DNA of 64,000 nucleotides from assembly GCF_006345805.1 (NCBI RefSeq), contig NC_043003.1, positions 47,864,001-47,928,000 on the forward strand, written 5' to 3'. The stretch's first letter is position 1; every line of letters begins with the position of its first letter. The translations under genes and the position numbers were made by a program. This DNA comes from Octopus sinensis. Its lineage: Eukaryota. This document shows positions 38,201 through 51,465 of the stretch, in pieces. The notes below the pieces were generated by a model that searched no databases, had not been told where the DNA came from, and worked only from the letters and a program-made list of their open reading frames with translations.

Positions 38201-41200
38201 ACATGCCCTAAAATCTGACCCTTAACTATCAAATCCTTCATTTTGCCCAAATTCAGACGGAAAACCCTAGCAACGATGTCGTGTCGATGGGTGTGAGATT
38301 GACCCGGGAGGAGTTCGCGAGTGATTTCGTCGCAGCTGGGATTGCACGTGTAGGTGATAAAGAGGTCCGGCCGGCCGTAAATGCGCACGTAGGTCAAGGC
38401 GTCTTGGGTCCTTTCACGCATATATCGCGGTCCTCCCGTGAAGGTGGAGGGTAGAATGCATGGCTTGCCGATGTTGCGAGGGTCATTTTCTTGTTGCAAA
38501 CCGTCACGGAGATGAATGTAGGAGTCGGAGCGAAGTTTGGTCTGATTAAGTTTAATGTATAGCAGCCTTTCCGATTCCATTTTTGCGGCCATGTCGACGG
38601 CGAACTGGTTGAATAGCTGACGACAACGGTGCAATAAGTTGAACTCACCCTCCCTGACCATGAACCGGTATGAGTAGAACGCCCTGCAGGAAACCGTCTT
38701 TGATGCCGCAGTAGTTTGATTGGAGGGCTGCCGTAAAGGAATTCCGAAGTGGTAGCCGTCTTCCCCATAAGGAAAAGCAATGGATACTGAAGCGCGTCAT
38801 AAGATCTGTGAGTCTCGCTGATCCTGTGTAGGTTGTTACCACGGGAGGAGATGATTATGTCACAGCTGTTGTGTTGCTCTCCGTGTATGACTGCGGCAAT
38901 TTCGTTGCACGCAGGTGCGTTGAAACGGCGTTCGTGCTCCCCGTGGGGTCGTTTATCAGCATCAATGACAACGGTGAAGTTTGGAGATGGAGCACTGTCC
39001 AAGGCATATCTGAAGCTGCAGACGTAGCTGTTGATATCATGAAGCATGGTTTGGAGACGGAGAAGAATGTCTTTGCGGGGAACATAGCTTGTACCCGGTA
39101 TTATTCCAAGGCGTGCATCAACCTGGTGGTTGTAGTCGGCAATGAAGTATATTTGGAGGAAAGAAGACTGCTGAATCTCGTCTGGCAGAAGTGACCCAAT
39201 AAGATGGTAGACCTGTCCCTGCACTTTGAAAGTAGGCATCCAGCCTTCTCTGGGAGGAATTTTGGCCCCGAAAGAGGTCATTTGGAATGAGCAGTTGTAC
39301 TTTCGAATAATTTCAAGGAATTGTGACGAATCGGGGGTTAAACCCGCCGCGAGATCCTTCAGTGGTTGAGGTGGTTCCCGTAGGGGTGGCAGGTCCACTT
39401 TGCCACCAGAGCAGCACAAACCAGGTGGCTCTCCGGGCCATTTCTTGGCTTTGCAAAACTGGCATACAATTGTCATTGACCCTATCTTGATGTCGTCACG
39501 CAAGGAGAAGTTAATTGTGGCGTCGTAGTTGAATGCTAGTGACAACCAGAAAGCGGGGGCAGGGGTACGTACACCACGAATGATATCCCGACGTTTGTTG
39601 ATACTCTCAAGTCGAGTGCACCGTGCCTCAGCAGATTCAGATGCACGTGCGACAGCGGTAGCAGTGGCATCCCTTGAAAGCCTTTCAGCTCTCGCCTCAG
39701 CACCCTCTGAAGCCCTAGCAGAAGCAGTGTTAATGGCATGTCTGGATGTCCGAATAGTCCGTTGGTGTGGAGTTTCGGCAGATCGAGCCCTGGCTGTGTT
39801 TGCGGCGTTAGCAGCTTGGCGAGCTCTCCTCTGTTGAGGTGTTTTGGCAGCTTTGGCCATGGCATTGTTTGCGGCGTCAGCATCTTGGCGAGTTCTCCTC
39901 TGCTGTGAGGTTTCGACAGATCGTGTCCTGGCGGTGCTAGTGGCATTAGCCGCATTCCGAATGGCCCTTTGTTCGGGGTTCTCGCGAGCTCTGCAGATGG
40001 AAGCACAGTAAGAAGCCCGCATATTTTGGCTGGACTGTTGCTCTTTCGTCAACCTCAAGCGGAGGGAAGATCTGTACGCTGCGACCCTTGCAAGTCGGGT
40101 AGAACGGTCGCTAATAGTTTCAGATGCCTGAGCAGCGGCATAACGGGAAGCTGTTTGCGAGAGGCGCAAGGCGGTTTCCTCGTGGGTCTCGCGTGCCCTT
40201 CTAGCTCTAGCAGCCAATGCCTTGGCCGTCCGAGGGCTGAGGAGGGTCCTTCTCTTCTTGGGTGGCATTTTGGTGGATAGCAATGTGTTTGGTAAAGGTG
40301 TAATAAAAAGGAACACGTGGGGTAAGTATCCGAAAATGTATAAAAATGTACAAAAATGGCCAAAAAGCTGGCAGCAATGTGAGTGACAACAACAAAAAAG
40401 TCAAAAGTGATCAAACTGAACAAACGAAAGGAAAAGTTTTTTGATGCACACGACAAAAGTGGTTTATAATAAACCAAGAGTTTGCAAGTAGCGTCCGAGG
40501 ACCGTTAGGGTACGTCAAAAATTGAAGGTAAAACGTTTGGGGGGTAGTTATAAAGAAAGTTTAAACAAAAAAAGTATTCGAATAACTTGCGGCTGCAGCA
40601 GCTATTAGCAGAAGTGGCGGTGTTGGGGTAAAGTCTCGAACGTAATTTCTTCCTGGTAGGAATTAGTTGGATCGAATTATCGATAGCTAAAAAGGTCAAG
40701 TTGCGTCCCCTAGACAGTCTGGTTTGTGTTTAATACACAATTTATTTGCTATGTGTGCCACATATGATTAAATTAACCGATTTTTTCCAATAATGTATCC
40801 TATTGGAATAAAAAGGGCTATATAGCTCCTTGGAGCAGACATGATGCTCGTTGTGAAAAAAAAAAGATTCCTGCCAATTTGTGAAAGATATTGTCGAAAT
40901 ATGTCATGTTGAATTTGAACGCGATTTCCCAAAATGGCATGATTTTATCGATTGTTTCTGATGGTAAGGTATTGCATGGAAACTAACGTCAGAATTGAGT
41001 TTCTTAGGGTAACATTAAGCTTCACCATGAGTTTGGTGAAAATCGATTGCAAGTTGTGAAAACTACCATAGATAATGCGTTGCATAAAAAAAGCTTAGAT
41101 TCTCGAGTTGCGTCCCCTAGACAGTCTGTAGTTCATGTTTATGATTGTCGACCCCATGTCGAATTTATCAATTTTTTTCAGAACTGGGGGAACTTTTCAA

Positions 41201-41353
41201 AATTTTCGCTGCGTTAGTTTTGAATTATGACATTGGGCTATGTGTGTGTCAAGTTTCATCAGAATCGGTTGAAAGCCGTGGTCAGGGTGAGGGTACGAGA
41301 AAACAGACACACAGAAGCACGCACAGACAAACTGCCGTTTATATATATAGAGA
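35277..41353 (-). mobile_element. Full-length autonomous-type Helitron (~6.1 kb)
   Basis: Minus strand A|TCTCTATATATATAAACGG...cccgggcaacgccggg hairpin...CTAG|T with no TSD. It splits a SINE-B copy (gagttcaaattc|...ttttatcctttccagg) and encodes RepHel. Confidence 0.95.
35399..40268 (-). pseudogene. Helitron RepHel protein (N-terminal repeats, Zn finger, HUH Rep, Pif1 helicase), split by two frameshifts
   Basis: Start MPPKKRR; CQFCKAKKWPGE..CCSGGKV; FITYTCNP, VEWQKRGLPHAHILIW and YVCKYINKG Rep motifs; FLDAPGGTGKT, IVWDECTM, GDFRQTLPV and FAMSINKSQGQTL helicase motifs. Apparent 1-bp deletions near 38770 and 36595. Confidence 0.93.
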
Positions 41354-41772
41354 TGATTTGGGCATTTTATCCTTTCCAGGTTCATAAAATCAGAAACATT
41401 GGATCAATCAATCTTAATTAATTCCAGCTGCCCATTAAAAATTAAGACTTTCTACCTTATGTTAGGAACCATTATTGCTGTCATGTCACTGAAAACTGGG
41501 TTTTTGGATGCACTTTTACTGCATTTCTAGGAAGGGAATCCATCTACTCCCTCCATGGATTGTAATTGTATATAGGACTTGTCAGGTCCTTGAGTGGCAG
41601 ATTTAATTCAGTGCTTGATTTAAAACCTGTAGTATCTCAATCCTATAGACTCTCTCATATAGAAAGCCATATCCAATGAAGCTGAGAAACAAATTTATTA
41701 TCAAAATAATTTCTTACAGAAATAAGATTTCAAAGAGACAATGATTTTTTAAAAAATTTGCTTAATAATTAT

Positions 41773-42160
41773 TCTTTTACTCTTTTACTAGTTTCAGTCA
41801 TTAGACTGTGCCCATGCTGGGGCACTGCTTTGAAGAGTTTTAGTAGAAATTGACCTCAGGATTTATTTTTTAAAGCCTAGTACTTATTCTATTGGTCTCT
41901 TTTGTTGAACTTCTAAGTTATGGGGATGTAAACACACCAAGTTATCATCAGTGGTAGGGGACAAACACAAAGACACAGACATACAGTCAAACTGATACAC
42001 ACACGACAGGTTTCTTTCAGTTTCTATCTACCAAATCCACTCACAAGACTTTGATCAGCCCAAGGCTGACACTGGCCCAAGATGCCATGCAGTAGAATTG
42101 AACTTGGAACCATGTGGTTGAAGAAGCAAGCTTCTTACCATATAGCCATGCTTGTGCCTA
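41773..42160 (-). mobile_element. SINE family A copy (another at 44822-45214)
   Basis: Same head, core and tail as 27644-28002. Confidence 0.8.
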
Positions 42161-42232
42161 TGTTGACAAAAAAACAAAAGTGTTCTTCTTACCTTCATAG
42201 TTTCTGAAGTACCAGAGTGGATACACAAATAA

Positions 42233-44530
42233 CACTGGGCAACAAAAAAAGATTTATTGTTTGCTACCCAGACAAATGGTGCTGTACTAAACTGAGTAAG
42301 CTGATTCTGAATCTGAACTCAGAATTGCTGGGGCTTGTCAGGATTTTGCGGTATGCACATAATTATATATTAATACTATATTAGAATCAGGAATAGTTAA
42401 GTTCATGGTAAATAATTATCATAATAGTATATTAGTACTGTATATAGTAAATTTATGTTCAAGGCAAATAGTATTATAATATAATGGTACATAGTATATT
42501 TATGTTAAGAGAATACTCACTTTATTTTTGATGTACTCAGCTCAGAAATATTTGAGACACTTATGCGTCATGCTGGTCTCCTGTTGTAGGAACCAGCAGT
42601 AGTCACCCATTATGTGTTGATTGAACCTGCCTTGATATCTCATTTCCATCTCAGATAGATGCTCGTGGAACCTCTTGCCATGTTCATCACTAAGCGCACC
42701 AAAATTCGTTGGAAAAATTGAGATGAGAATTCAAGAAGTGCATTTTAAGGGACATTTGGCATCCTGTTCTTTCATACGCTGTTAGCATGTTGTCTATTAA
42801 ATCAACATAGTTTTCAACTCTATGATTTCCAAGAAAGTTCTGTACAACTAACACGAATGAATCCCATGCTGTCAGCTCAACTGGATTCAATTTACCTCTG
42901 AATTTGCTATCAGATATAAATTCTTTGATCTCGGGTCCAATGACAATGCCTGCTTTCAGTTTTGTGTCACTTTTCTCTGCACCAAATTTTACTTTTAGGT
43001 ACTGGAAGACACAACCATCATGTGTCATTGCTTTTATGAAGTTTTTCATGAGGCTGAGTTTGATGTAAAGGGGTGGAAGGAAGATCTTTTGTGGGTCTGC
43101 CAGTGGCATAAGCTGCACATTGTACTGACCAACTATGCACTCATTTCTTTTAGGCCAGTCTTTTAAAGTGTAATGATTGTTGTTGTCATGGCTGTTCCAA
43201 ACACACAAGAAGCACATATTTTTGGTATATCCCAGTTGTAGTCCTAGGAGGAGGGAAGTCACCTTTAAACACCACAAATATTCCACTTATGAACTGAGTA
43301 ATTAACTCCTTTCAGAATTTGTTCCATCGATTCATAACTTTCTTCCATACCGACAACATGACCCACAGGAATGGAAGGTTTTTCATTACCATTATGTGAC
43401 AACACAGCTTTGAGGCTAACCTTACTCAAGTCTATAAACAATTTCCGTTTTCATGCACATGTCCTAGTTTTTTTTACATCAGTACAGAAACAAGCATTAT
43501 TTTCTTGCTTGGAAAAGACAGATAAACCTTTGTGGCAAGAAGGGAAAATGGAAATTTTTGTACCTTGCTGTAGGAGATTCCATTGTAGTTTAGATCCCAA
43601 ACTTTCTGCCCTCTGCTTTGACAATGTTAGGTCTCTTACTAAATTGTTATAATCTTCTTCATGAAACTAGCCTTGCTCATTTTTCTTAGATAGGAGAGTC
43701 AGGGGGTTCATCATGCGACGTGTCAAGATTTTCAAGTGAAGCATGCGAGAGGGGAACTGGGACAGGGCCCTCAAAGTTATGTGGGACTGGTTTTAGAGCT
43801 AACTTACAATCTGCATACACAATTTTTGCTTTGGTCTTTGAGAAACCACTAATATTAATCATGCAAAAGTAACAATCAGAGACATGATTGGTTGGGTCAC
43901 ACCATACCATTGATACAGCAAAAGGCATTCCCTTGTTTTCCATTCAGCCTCTGTGTAAGCCCTGAGTAATACACGGTGCAGCATATATGAGGTGCCCACC
44001 TCTTGTCTTGGTTCCCAACTTTACACCTGAAATAATATTTATAGGCAGTTTTTAATTTTGGTGGCAATGTTCTTCTGCTGGTCACACAGAGAAAATTTTT
44101 CACACACAAAACAAAAGTTGCCATGGTGATTCACACAGCCTCTCCTACTCATGATCTAACACAATGAAAACAGTAGTCATGCTGAGCATGAGATACACAT
44201 ACCACATGTGACGGCATGGCAAACAGCACTGAGAGTTACCAAGAACAAACTGATGTATTTGGCACTACACACAATACACCAGAGCCATCTATTGCTAAAC
44301 TAAATAATGAACTTTTTGATCGTTTGTTTTATTGCTGTTATTTCTTTAGCAAGTTTTATAATATGGCCTATGTCTAGCCGAAAATATAGTTATAATCTTG
44401 CGCATGTGGATATGCATAACTCAAAATCCTGATGTGCTAGAACAATTTTGAGTGCAGATTCGGAATCAGCATCCTCGATTTAGTCTAAAACATGCTTTTA
44501 CCCCAGTAGCAAAATCTTTGTTGTCCAGTG
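42233..44530 (-). mobile_element. Chapaev3-type (CMC superfamily) DNA transposon, full length, decayed
   Basis: Termini CACTGGGCAACAAA ... TTTGTTGTCCAGTG flanked by a 3-bp TAA duplication. Transposase remnants: MSRRGCVNH..FCFVC, GNQDKRWAPHICC, WCDPTNHVSDCYFC, LPPLYIKLSLMKNFIKA, MSLKMHFLNSHL, SDEHGKRFH..DYCW. Family assignment is from recalled features, not a database search. Confidence 0.8.
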
Positions 44531-45919
44531 TAATTGATCAGACAAAATGAGGAAAGTAATGAAAAGACACCAAATTTCTTGTTTAGATATTTTGGTTGGT
44601 GAGATGGTGGATGAATAATGTATTCAAATGTATTTTACCAAAATGGATTTTTACACATACAAAAATACCACTTTCTATACATGTAATTTTAGATATATCA
44701 TCTTATATAAAAAAAAATGTACAAAGGAACATTCAGAAAAAGAAGGAAAATACTATTAGAATGTTTATAGTTTATTAAAAAAGAAAAAAAACAGAAGACA
44801 CATATATTCTTTTGTTTTTTTATTCTTTTACCTGTTTCAGTCATTTGACTGCAGCCATGCTGGAGCATCACCTTGAAGAATTTTAGTTGGACCCCAGGAC
44901 TTATTTCTTAAGCCTAGTACTTATTCTATCGGTCGCTTTTGCCGGACCACTACATTATGGGGACATAAACATACCATCACCGGTTGTCAAATGGTGATGG
45001 GGGGACGGATGGACAAACATAGACACAAAGACACACACACATAAATATATACATGACGGGCTTCTTTCAGTTTCCGTCTACCAAATCTACTCCCAAGGCT
45101 TTGATTGGCCCAAGGCTATAGAAGATTCATAACCAAGGTACCTCACAGTGGGACTGAACCTGGTACTATATGGGCGGGAAGCAAGCTTCTTGCCACGCAG
45201 CCACATTTGCTCCTATAAATATACATATATATATATATGCATGTATACATGTACTCATGTATGTATGTATGTTTGTATATGTGTGTGTGTGTGTATTATG
45301 TATGTATGTACACACACACACACAATGTATATAAACATCACTTTTGAGTTGTTCATTTTGGGATGAAATTATTGAGTAGACCTTAAGTTTTTGACATTAA
45401 ACCAACAGGAATGTGCAGTATGAGAACATCTAAATGATTAAAAAATATTGTTCCCCAACATCCATTTATGAAATAAACAACAATATCTTAGGACTTTCAA
45501 TGTGTGCATATACTGATTATCAAGTAGGCTGCCGAGGAAGAAGAATGTGTCAAAGATGATAGGGACAAAAGAAAGTTGGGCAGGTAAGTAAATATTTTTA
45601 ACTAACAACATAATGAAGCCACTTTCTTTTGTCTACAAGTGTAAAACAAAAACAAGTTAATATTTGAAAATTAAACTGGTCTTCATTTTGTGAGTAGGAA
45701 AAAATATATACTCTTTTACTTGTTTCAGTCATTTGACTGCGGCCATGCTGGAGCACCGCCTTCAAAAAATAACGTTCCCATGCTGGGAATATATTTCTAA
45801 TTTGAAAAACTGTCATTCTTTTTATATAAAAAAATAGATTTCTTCATCTAAAAGTTAGTGAAATTAATACAAAGAAACATCATACATGTAACTCAAAAAA
45901 GGCTAATATATATATATTT

Positions 45920-46149
45920 CTTTATTGTCCACAAGAGGATAAACATAGAGGGGACAAACAAGGACAGACAAAGGGATTAAGTTGATTACATCGACCCCAG
46001 TGCGTAACTGGTACTTTATTTATCGACCCCCAAAAGGATGAAAGGCAAAGTCAACCTCAGCGGGATTTGAACTCAGAACGTAACGGCAGATGAAATACCG
46101 CTAAGCATTTTGCCTGCTGTGCTAACGTTTCTGCCAGCTCACCGCCTTA
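45920..46149 (-). mobile_element. SINE family B, well-preserved copy (others at 49025-49235, 49593-49820, 59825-60034)
   Basis: aaggcggtgagctggcagaaacgttagca...gttctgagttcaaatccc...gcctttcatccttttggggtcgataaa. Confidence 0.85.
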
Positions 46150-46684
46150 AAAAAAAACAAAGAAAGCTAATATATAGCCCTAAGGATGATAGATTGACTA
46201 TTGAGCTGAAATGCAATTGTTTATTTTTACTAGAAAGATGAAAGAGCATATTTTTATATGTCTATTGAAATTCAGATATGCCTTTTATATTATAGAATTT
46301 TAACTATTTTGTTAAAAATGGTTCTGTGTTTTCTAGTGCAGAAGCATCTCTAAAGGGTTAAACATTATGCAGAAACTAATTTCTTGATCATGCAAATGGC
46401 CCAGAGATGTAAAATATCTCTGTGACTAAATTTAACACTTTAGTATTTATATTGCTCCCATATCCTACCTGTTCTATGTTCAAACTAACCAGATTCAGCC
46501 TCTCACACCTACTCTAAAATCTCATTCTGAAAAAATAATTCTCACATCGTCAAAATCTTGAAGTTATGAAATAAAGCATGATTAGCTCAAAACAATGTGT
46601 ATGAATGAACCTTATATTTGACAGAATAATCTGAATGCTTAAAGTGTTAATGTTAAAAACTTAAGGTCTACCCAACTGTTGTTC

Positions 46685-46965
46685 TTAAAGGAAACTGACC
46701 AACGACAAACCGATCCGTTTTTTGGTAACATCAAAGTTTACGACTTTCACTTCGATCTTATCTCCGATGGCTAAGTTTGTGCGATTCTTTGCACGCAGTA
46801 GGCTTTTATTGATTTCACTCACGTGCAGCAGACCATTAGTGCCCACGCCAATATCAACAAATGCACCGAAATGGGTGACGTTGCTGACACGACCACTCAG
46901 CTGTTCTCCCACTTTCAAGTCACTCCAGCCCATCACACTGGTACGAAACAATGGCTTCTCAGACT
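46685..46965 (-). CDS. SRBD1: SRBD1 (S1 RNA-binding domain protein 1, Tex-like) terminal exon encoding the S1 domain
   Basis: Minus-strand tttcaatgcag acceptor. Translation (E)SEKPLFRTSVMGWSDLKVGEQLSGRVSNVTHFGAFVDIGVGTNGLLHVSEI...IGDKIEVKVVNFDVTKKRIGLSLVSFL* is an S1 domain at the C-terminus, as in Tex/SRBD1. Confidence 0.9.
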
Positions 46966-46998
46966 CTGCATTGAAATAGATAAAAAAATAAATAAATA

Positions 46999-47030
<32 letters not shown>

Positions 47031-47358
47031 GAACAACAACAACAACAACGACAACACAAATATAATGTTTTCTTTATTAACTACTAAGGGTTCACAAAGA
47101 ATGTTGGGGATGGTACTGGACAATACAATGTGGAATTACATAAAAGGTGTGGAAAAAGTGAAAAATTAGAAAAATATAAATTTAACAAAGATTAAATCCC
47201 CAAAAGAGAAAACCTATCTAGGGCTGCTCATGGAAATCCCACAAAACCATGGAGGACCTGATCACTCGTGCAAGTTCCTTCTCCACATCATCTACAGGCA
47301 CATGTTTAGAATAGGCCCATTCCCTTGGACCATTCTTGCCACATTCATCCAGCTTTCA

Positions 47359-47360
<2 letters not shown>

Positions 47361-47413
<53 letters not shown>

Positions 47414-47435
47414 CAACAACAGCAACAGCAACAGC

Positions 47436-47469
<34 letters not shown>

Positions 47470-47470
47470 G
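47361..47470. repeat. (CAG)n(CAA)n trinucleotide tract in the last SRBD1 intron
   Basis: Direct reading; lies between the two SRBD1 exons. Confidence 0.9.
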
Positions 47471-47846
47471 TTACTAAAACCAAAGCACAAGTTACAGATT
47501 TCAAGGAGAGTAACTTGGCTGTTGTGTTTATTTATCGGTCCCAGAAAAAAAGAGAAAAGTTTCAATATTATTTTTGAGATTTTAACTCAGAATTTAGGGA
47601 ACAATGCAAAGTATTTAGTTTACTGGTCTACCATTTTTGCCACTCTATTTTTGTGTCAGAATCAAATAATGAAGATTCCTAGCTTAGGCACACTCACTCG
47701 TGCTCTTGCTCAATGGAGCAAGGGTCATCCCGGGTTAATTGTTACTGAGGCATCATCATGCATAGAGCTGATCACGTTCACCAGTGACCTCTGTCACTGG
47801 CAGTTCTGTGCTAGCCTTTCTGCATCCTCCAAAATGGAGTTGAATC

Positions 47847-48596
47847 TCTGGAAATCTTGTGCCGGTATTTCTCCTTTCCCTACACACTGTCTTTGGCACT
47901 TGACATTTTTATAGAGAACCCATTCGTCGTCACTAGTCACTATTCGGTCCAAAAGAGGTTCATTTGTGAGATGTGACAGCAAAGAAGAGCACACACTCAC
48001 TCTCTGTGTGCAATTAGACTCAGAAAGTTTGTGAGGAACCCATTGACCCAGCTTGCTGATTTTTCCAATGGAAAGCAGGTGCCGATGAATGGTTGGATGA
48101 CCAAATCCAAGCTTCTCTGCTAGTTCCTCAACAGTTACGATGGGATTTTGTTCCACCAAGGTTTGCAGAGCATCCTTCTCAAGCTCTACAGATCTTCCAG
48201 GATGAGGCTCATCTTGTAGGCTGTAGTTTCCAGCTCAGAATTTCTGGAACCATCGTTGACACTAGCTTACACTTACTGTCCAATCCCCATATACTGCATT
48301 AATATTCCTCACACTTTCTGTTACATTGTTCCCTATTTTGAACTCATGAAGCAAAATATGCCGAATATGCTCCTTTCTCACTCCAGTTCATCATGGCTTG
48401 GGTTCACTCCTGTTATAGTTTTGAAAAAATAACTGTTAAAATCGAACTGCACTTTTCAAAACTTGCACTAAGAATAAGGATAAGGTAAAATTACTACCTG
48501 TTTTTATAACAAGTTGATGCAGGTAGTTTATCCTGTCCCCCTCCAACTTTTAGTTCATGCAATTGAAAAAAGCACATTATTTATGGGATGACCCAA
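47847..48596 (-). mobile_element. mariner (DD34D-type) transposon 5' half
   Basis: TA|TTGGGTCATCCCATAAATAATG TIR; TVEELAEKLG..TIHRHL..GQWVPHKL..RIVTSDDEWVLY motifs (WVPHEL and first catalytic Asp region); truncated. Confidence 0.88.
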
Positions 48597-49948
48597 TACA
48601 TGTGTGTGTGTGTGTGTGTGTGTTTTACCATCTCATTGCCTTGACATTGCACAATAGTTGCAAATGAATGTTACTGCTATGCAAGTGACATTCTTTGTTG
48701 CTAATCTTCCATGAAAACATATCTGGTCATGGGGAATATTACCTAGCTTGGAAATGAGGGTTGGCAACAGGAAAGGCATCCAGCCATAGAAAATCCATCT
48801 CAAGAAATTCCATGGATGTTAAAATGATGATGAAGATGCTATCAGTTAGCCACAACTCTTAACAGAAGTGTCACCCGTTCCCATCTTTTTTTTTCCTAGT
48901 GACAGAAGACAGGATTTGAACTCAGGATATACAAAGCCAGAACAGATAACGCAAGGTATCCCATCTGGCATGTTAGCAATTCTGCCAATCCCCTGTCATA
49001 GAACAGTTATTCTATTTATCAACCAAGGTGGCGAGCTGGCAGAAACGTTAATATGCTGGACGAAATGCTTAGCAGTATTTTGTCTTTACATTCTGAGTTC
49101 AAATTCAGCTGAGGTCGACTTTGCCTTTCATCCTTTCAGGGTTGATAGATTAAGTACCAGTTGTGTACTGAGGTTGATCTAATCGACTGGCCCCTGCCCC
49201 AAAAATTTTGGGCCTTGTGCCTAGAGTAGAAAAGATTGTATTTATCAACCTCACAAAAAAAGAAAAAAAACCAAAGGCAAAAGTTAACCTCAGTAAGATT
49301 TAGACTTGGACAGCAGAGACATGGAATAAAAACTGTGCAAGACATTTTTTGTTCTTATATTTTAGTTAGGAAGAAAGGTAATGATGTTTTGCAAAGCCTT
49401 TGAGACTGATAGGAGAGAGGAAGAATGGTGACCTTAAACTGGAGGTCTGGCCTGAATGCTTGCAACAGAGTGGACTCTGCTGAAGGTACCATATGGTGGT
49501 GTTACACTGGGTGATGGATTAAATCTACCATCCAAGTAGGCCATGACGGGATTTGAACTCAGAGCACAGTGAACTGTGTGGTATATTGTGAGACGGCGAG
49601 CTGGCAGAAACGTTAGCACGCCAGGCGAGATGCTTAGCAGTATTTCGTCTGCCGTTACGTTCTGAGTTCAAATTCCGCCTAGGTCGACTTTGCCTTTCAT
49701 CCTTCCGGGGTCGATAAATAAAGTACCAGTTTCGCACTGGGGTCGATATAATCGACTTAATCCGTTTGTCTGTCCTTGTTTGTTCCCTCTATGTTTAGCC
49801 CTTTGTGGGTAGTAAAGAAAAATATTGTGAGGCATATAATCTGGCACTCTAATTCAATTATAAAATGTTGCGTAGAGGCATAGATATACTAGATATACAG
49901 GATGAGACAGGGTAAGCAATTAGTTAAGAAGCATAGAGGTGAGAAAAA

Positions 49949-49957
49949 GAGAGAGAG

Positions 49958-50041
<84 letters not shown>
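49949..50041. repeat. (GA)n microsatellite
   Basis: Direct reading. Confidence 0.95.
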
Positions 50042-50046
<5 letters not shown>

Positions 50047-50095
50047 GATGAAGAGGGAGATGATTCAGAACAAGCAATTTAACATTAAACATTAC

Positions 50096-50194
50096 CTTCT
50101 CTGATGTCATAGTTGATTGCTTGTGTAAGCCCTGTGACGATCAATGACATGGTTGGTTCGCCAATCTCATATTGCTTAGCAAGTTTCTCAACAC
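50096..50194 (-). CDS. SRBD1: SRBD1 penultimate coding exon
   Basis: ttacag acceptor and gtaatg donor; 99 nt, phase 1-1, splicing in frame to the S1 exon. Encodes (G)VEKLAKQYEIGEPTMSLIVTGLTQAINYDIRE, similar to the Tex/SRBD1 segment preceding S1 (G.PT...I...L..P..D.R). Confidence 0.85.
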
Positions 50195-51055
50195 CTGTAA
50201 CACATTAAAAACACATAAACATAATCAGCTAAATACCAACTGAAGAATACTGAGTCATGCAAATTTTTCATTAGGTCTGTTATATTGTGTATCATGACCT
50301 GGACAATTATGCCATTCATTTCTTTAGGAAAGAATGCCAGAGAAAGAGAAAGACAGATAGTTAAAACAGTCAAAGAGACAGACAGATATTTTGTTTGATT
50401 ATCAAAAGTATTAGTTTCAAAATTACATTTTACACTGAACTGGTTTTTATTTGATGAATTTTGACTTCATTTGGCAACTTGACTTGGCAAGATGTTTGCC
50501 TCAACACAATTAATTTGATAAAGGAATATATTTTGAATGTAATAACAATATGGGGGTTTGTTTAGCCTTGATATACAACATGGGTGATAGATTTAATCTG
50601 TCAGCTGATTTAATACTACCACCAGGCATTGCAATTTTGGTGCCTTTAGCAGAGATTTCTCTGTTGCAGGGATCTATCTCAAGAAATTCCATGGATGTTA
50701 AAATGACAACGACAATGATCTCTCTCTCACGCACACATGTTACAGTTACATTCTGCTTATAATTACACCAACTAAATATCACTTAACACTTTAACATTCA
50801 AACTGGCCCTATATCCAAATATTTTACCAGTTTTATGTTGAAACCAGCCAGATCAGGCCTCTCACACCTGCCCTACACTGTTATTTTAAAAGTGAACAGC
50901 CATATCATTGAAATTTCAAAGCTATGAGATAATACATGACTACTTCAAACTAATGTGAATGAATAAGCTTTACATTTGACTGAATAATCCGAATACTAAA
51001 GGCTTAAACATTATATACATTTGTGTGTGTGTGTATATATATATATACATAAGTG

Positions 51056-51089
<34 letters not shown>

Positions 51090-51136
51090 CATATATATTT
51101 ATGGGTTGTGTGTGTGTGAATGTATATATATATATG

Positions 51137-51465
51137 TTTGTTCCTTCTCGAGCCACACCTGTCTCATAAGGGCCGGTTTCCCAGTTTCCTTGGTGTATAG
51201 GTTCCCCACCTGGACGGGACGCCAGTCCATCGCAGGTGAGCTGCAAGATGCAGGAGAAAAGAGTGAGAGAAAGTTGTGGCGAAAGAGTCAGCAGAAGTTC
51301 GCTATTACCTTCTGCTGGAGCCACGTGGAGCTTAGGTGTTTTGCTCATAAACCCACACATCGCCTGGTCAGATTCGAACCTGCAATCCCTCGACCGTGAG
51401 TCCGCTGCTTTAACCACTAGGTCATGTGCCTCCACTGCTCTGACCACTAGGCCATGTGCCTCCAC
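51137..51465 (-). mobile_element. tRNA-derived SINE family C with a duplicated A-box head
   Basis: gtggaggcacatggcctagtggt..agcag occurs twice, then B box ggttcgaatc and a cctgcgatggactggcgtcccgtccagg domain. Flanked by TA/TG repeats. Confidence 0.75.

Noticed and set aside
46685-46965. Bacterial Tex/S1 horizontal transfer or contamination
   Set aside because: It has canonical spliceosomal introns and fits the eukaryotic orthologue SRBD1.
47336-47914. 192-aa polyQ ORF
   Set aside because: It is a CAG/CAA microsatellite plus antisense mariner sequence inside the last SRBD1 intron, with no recognisable domain.
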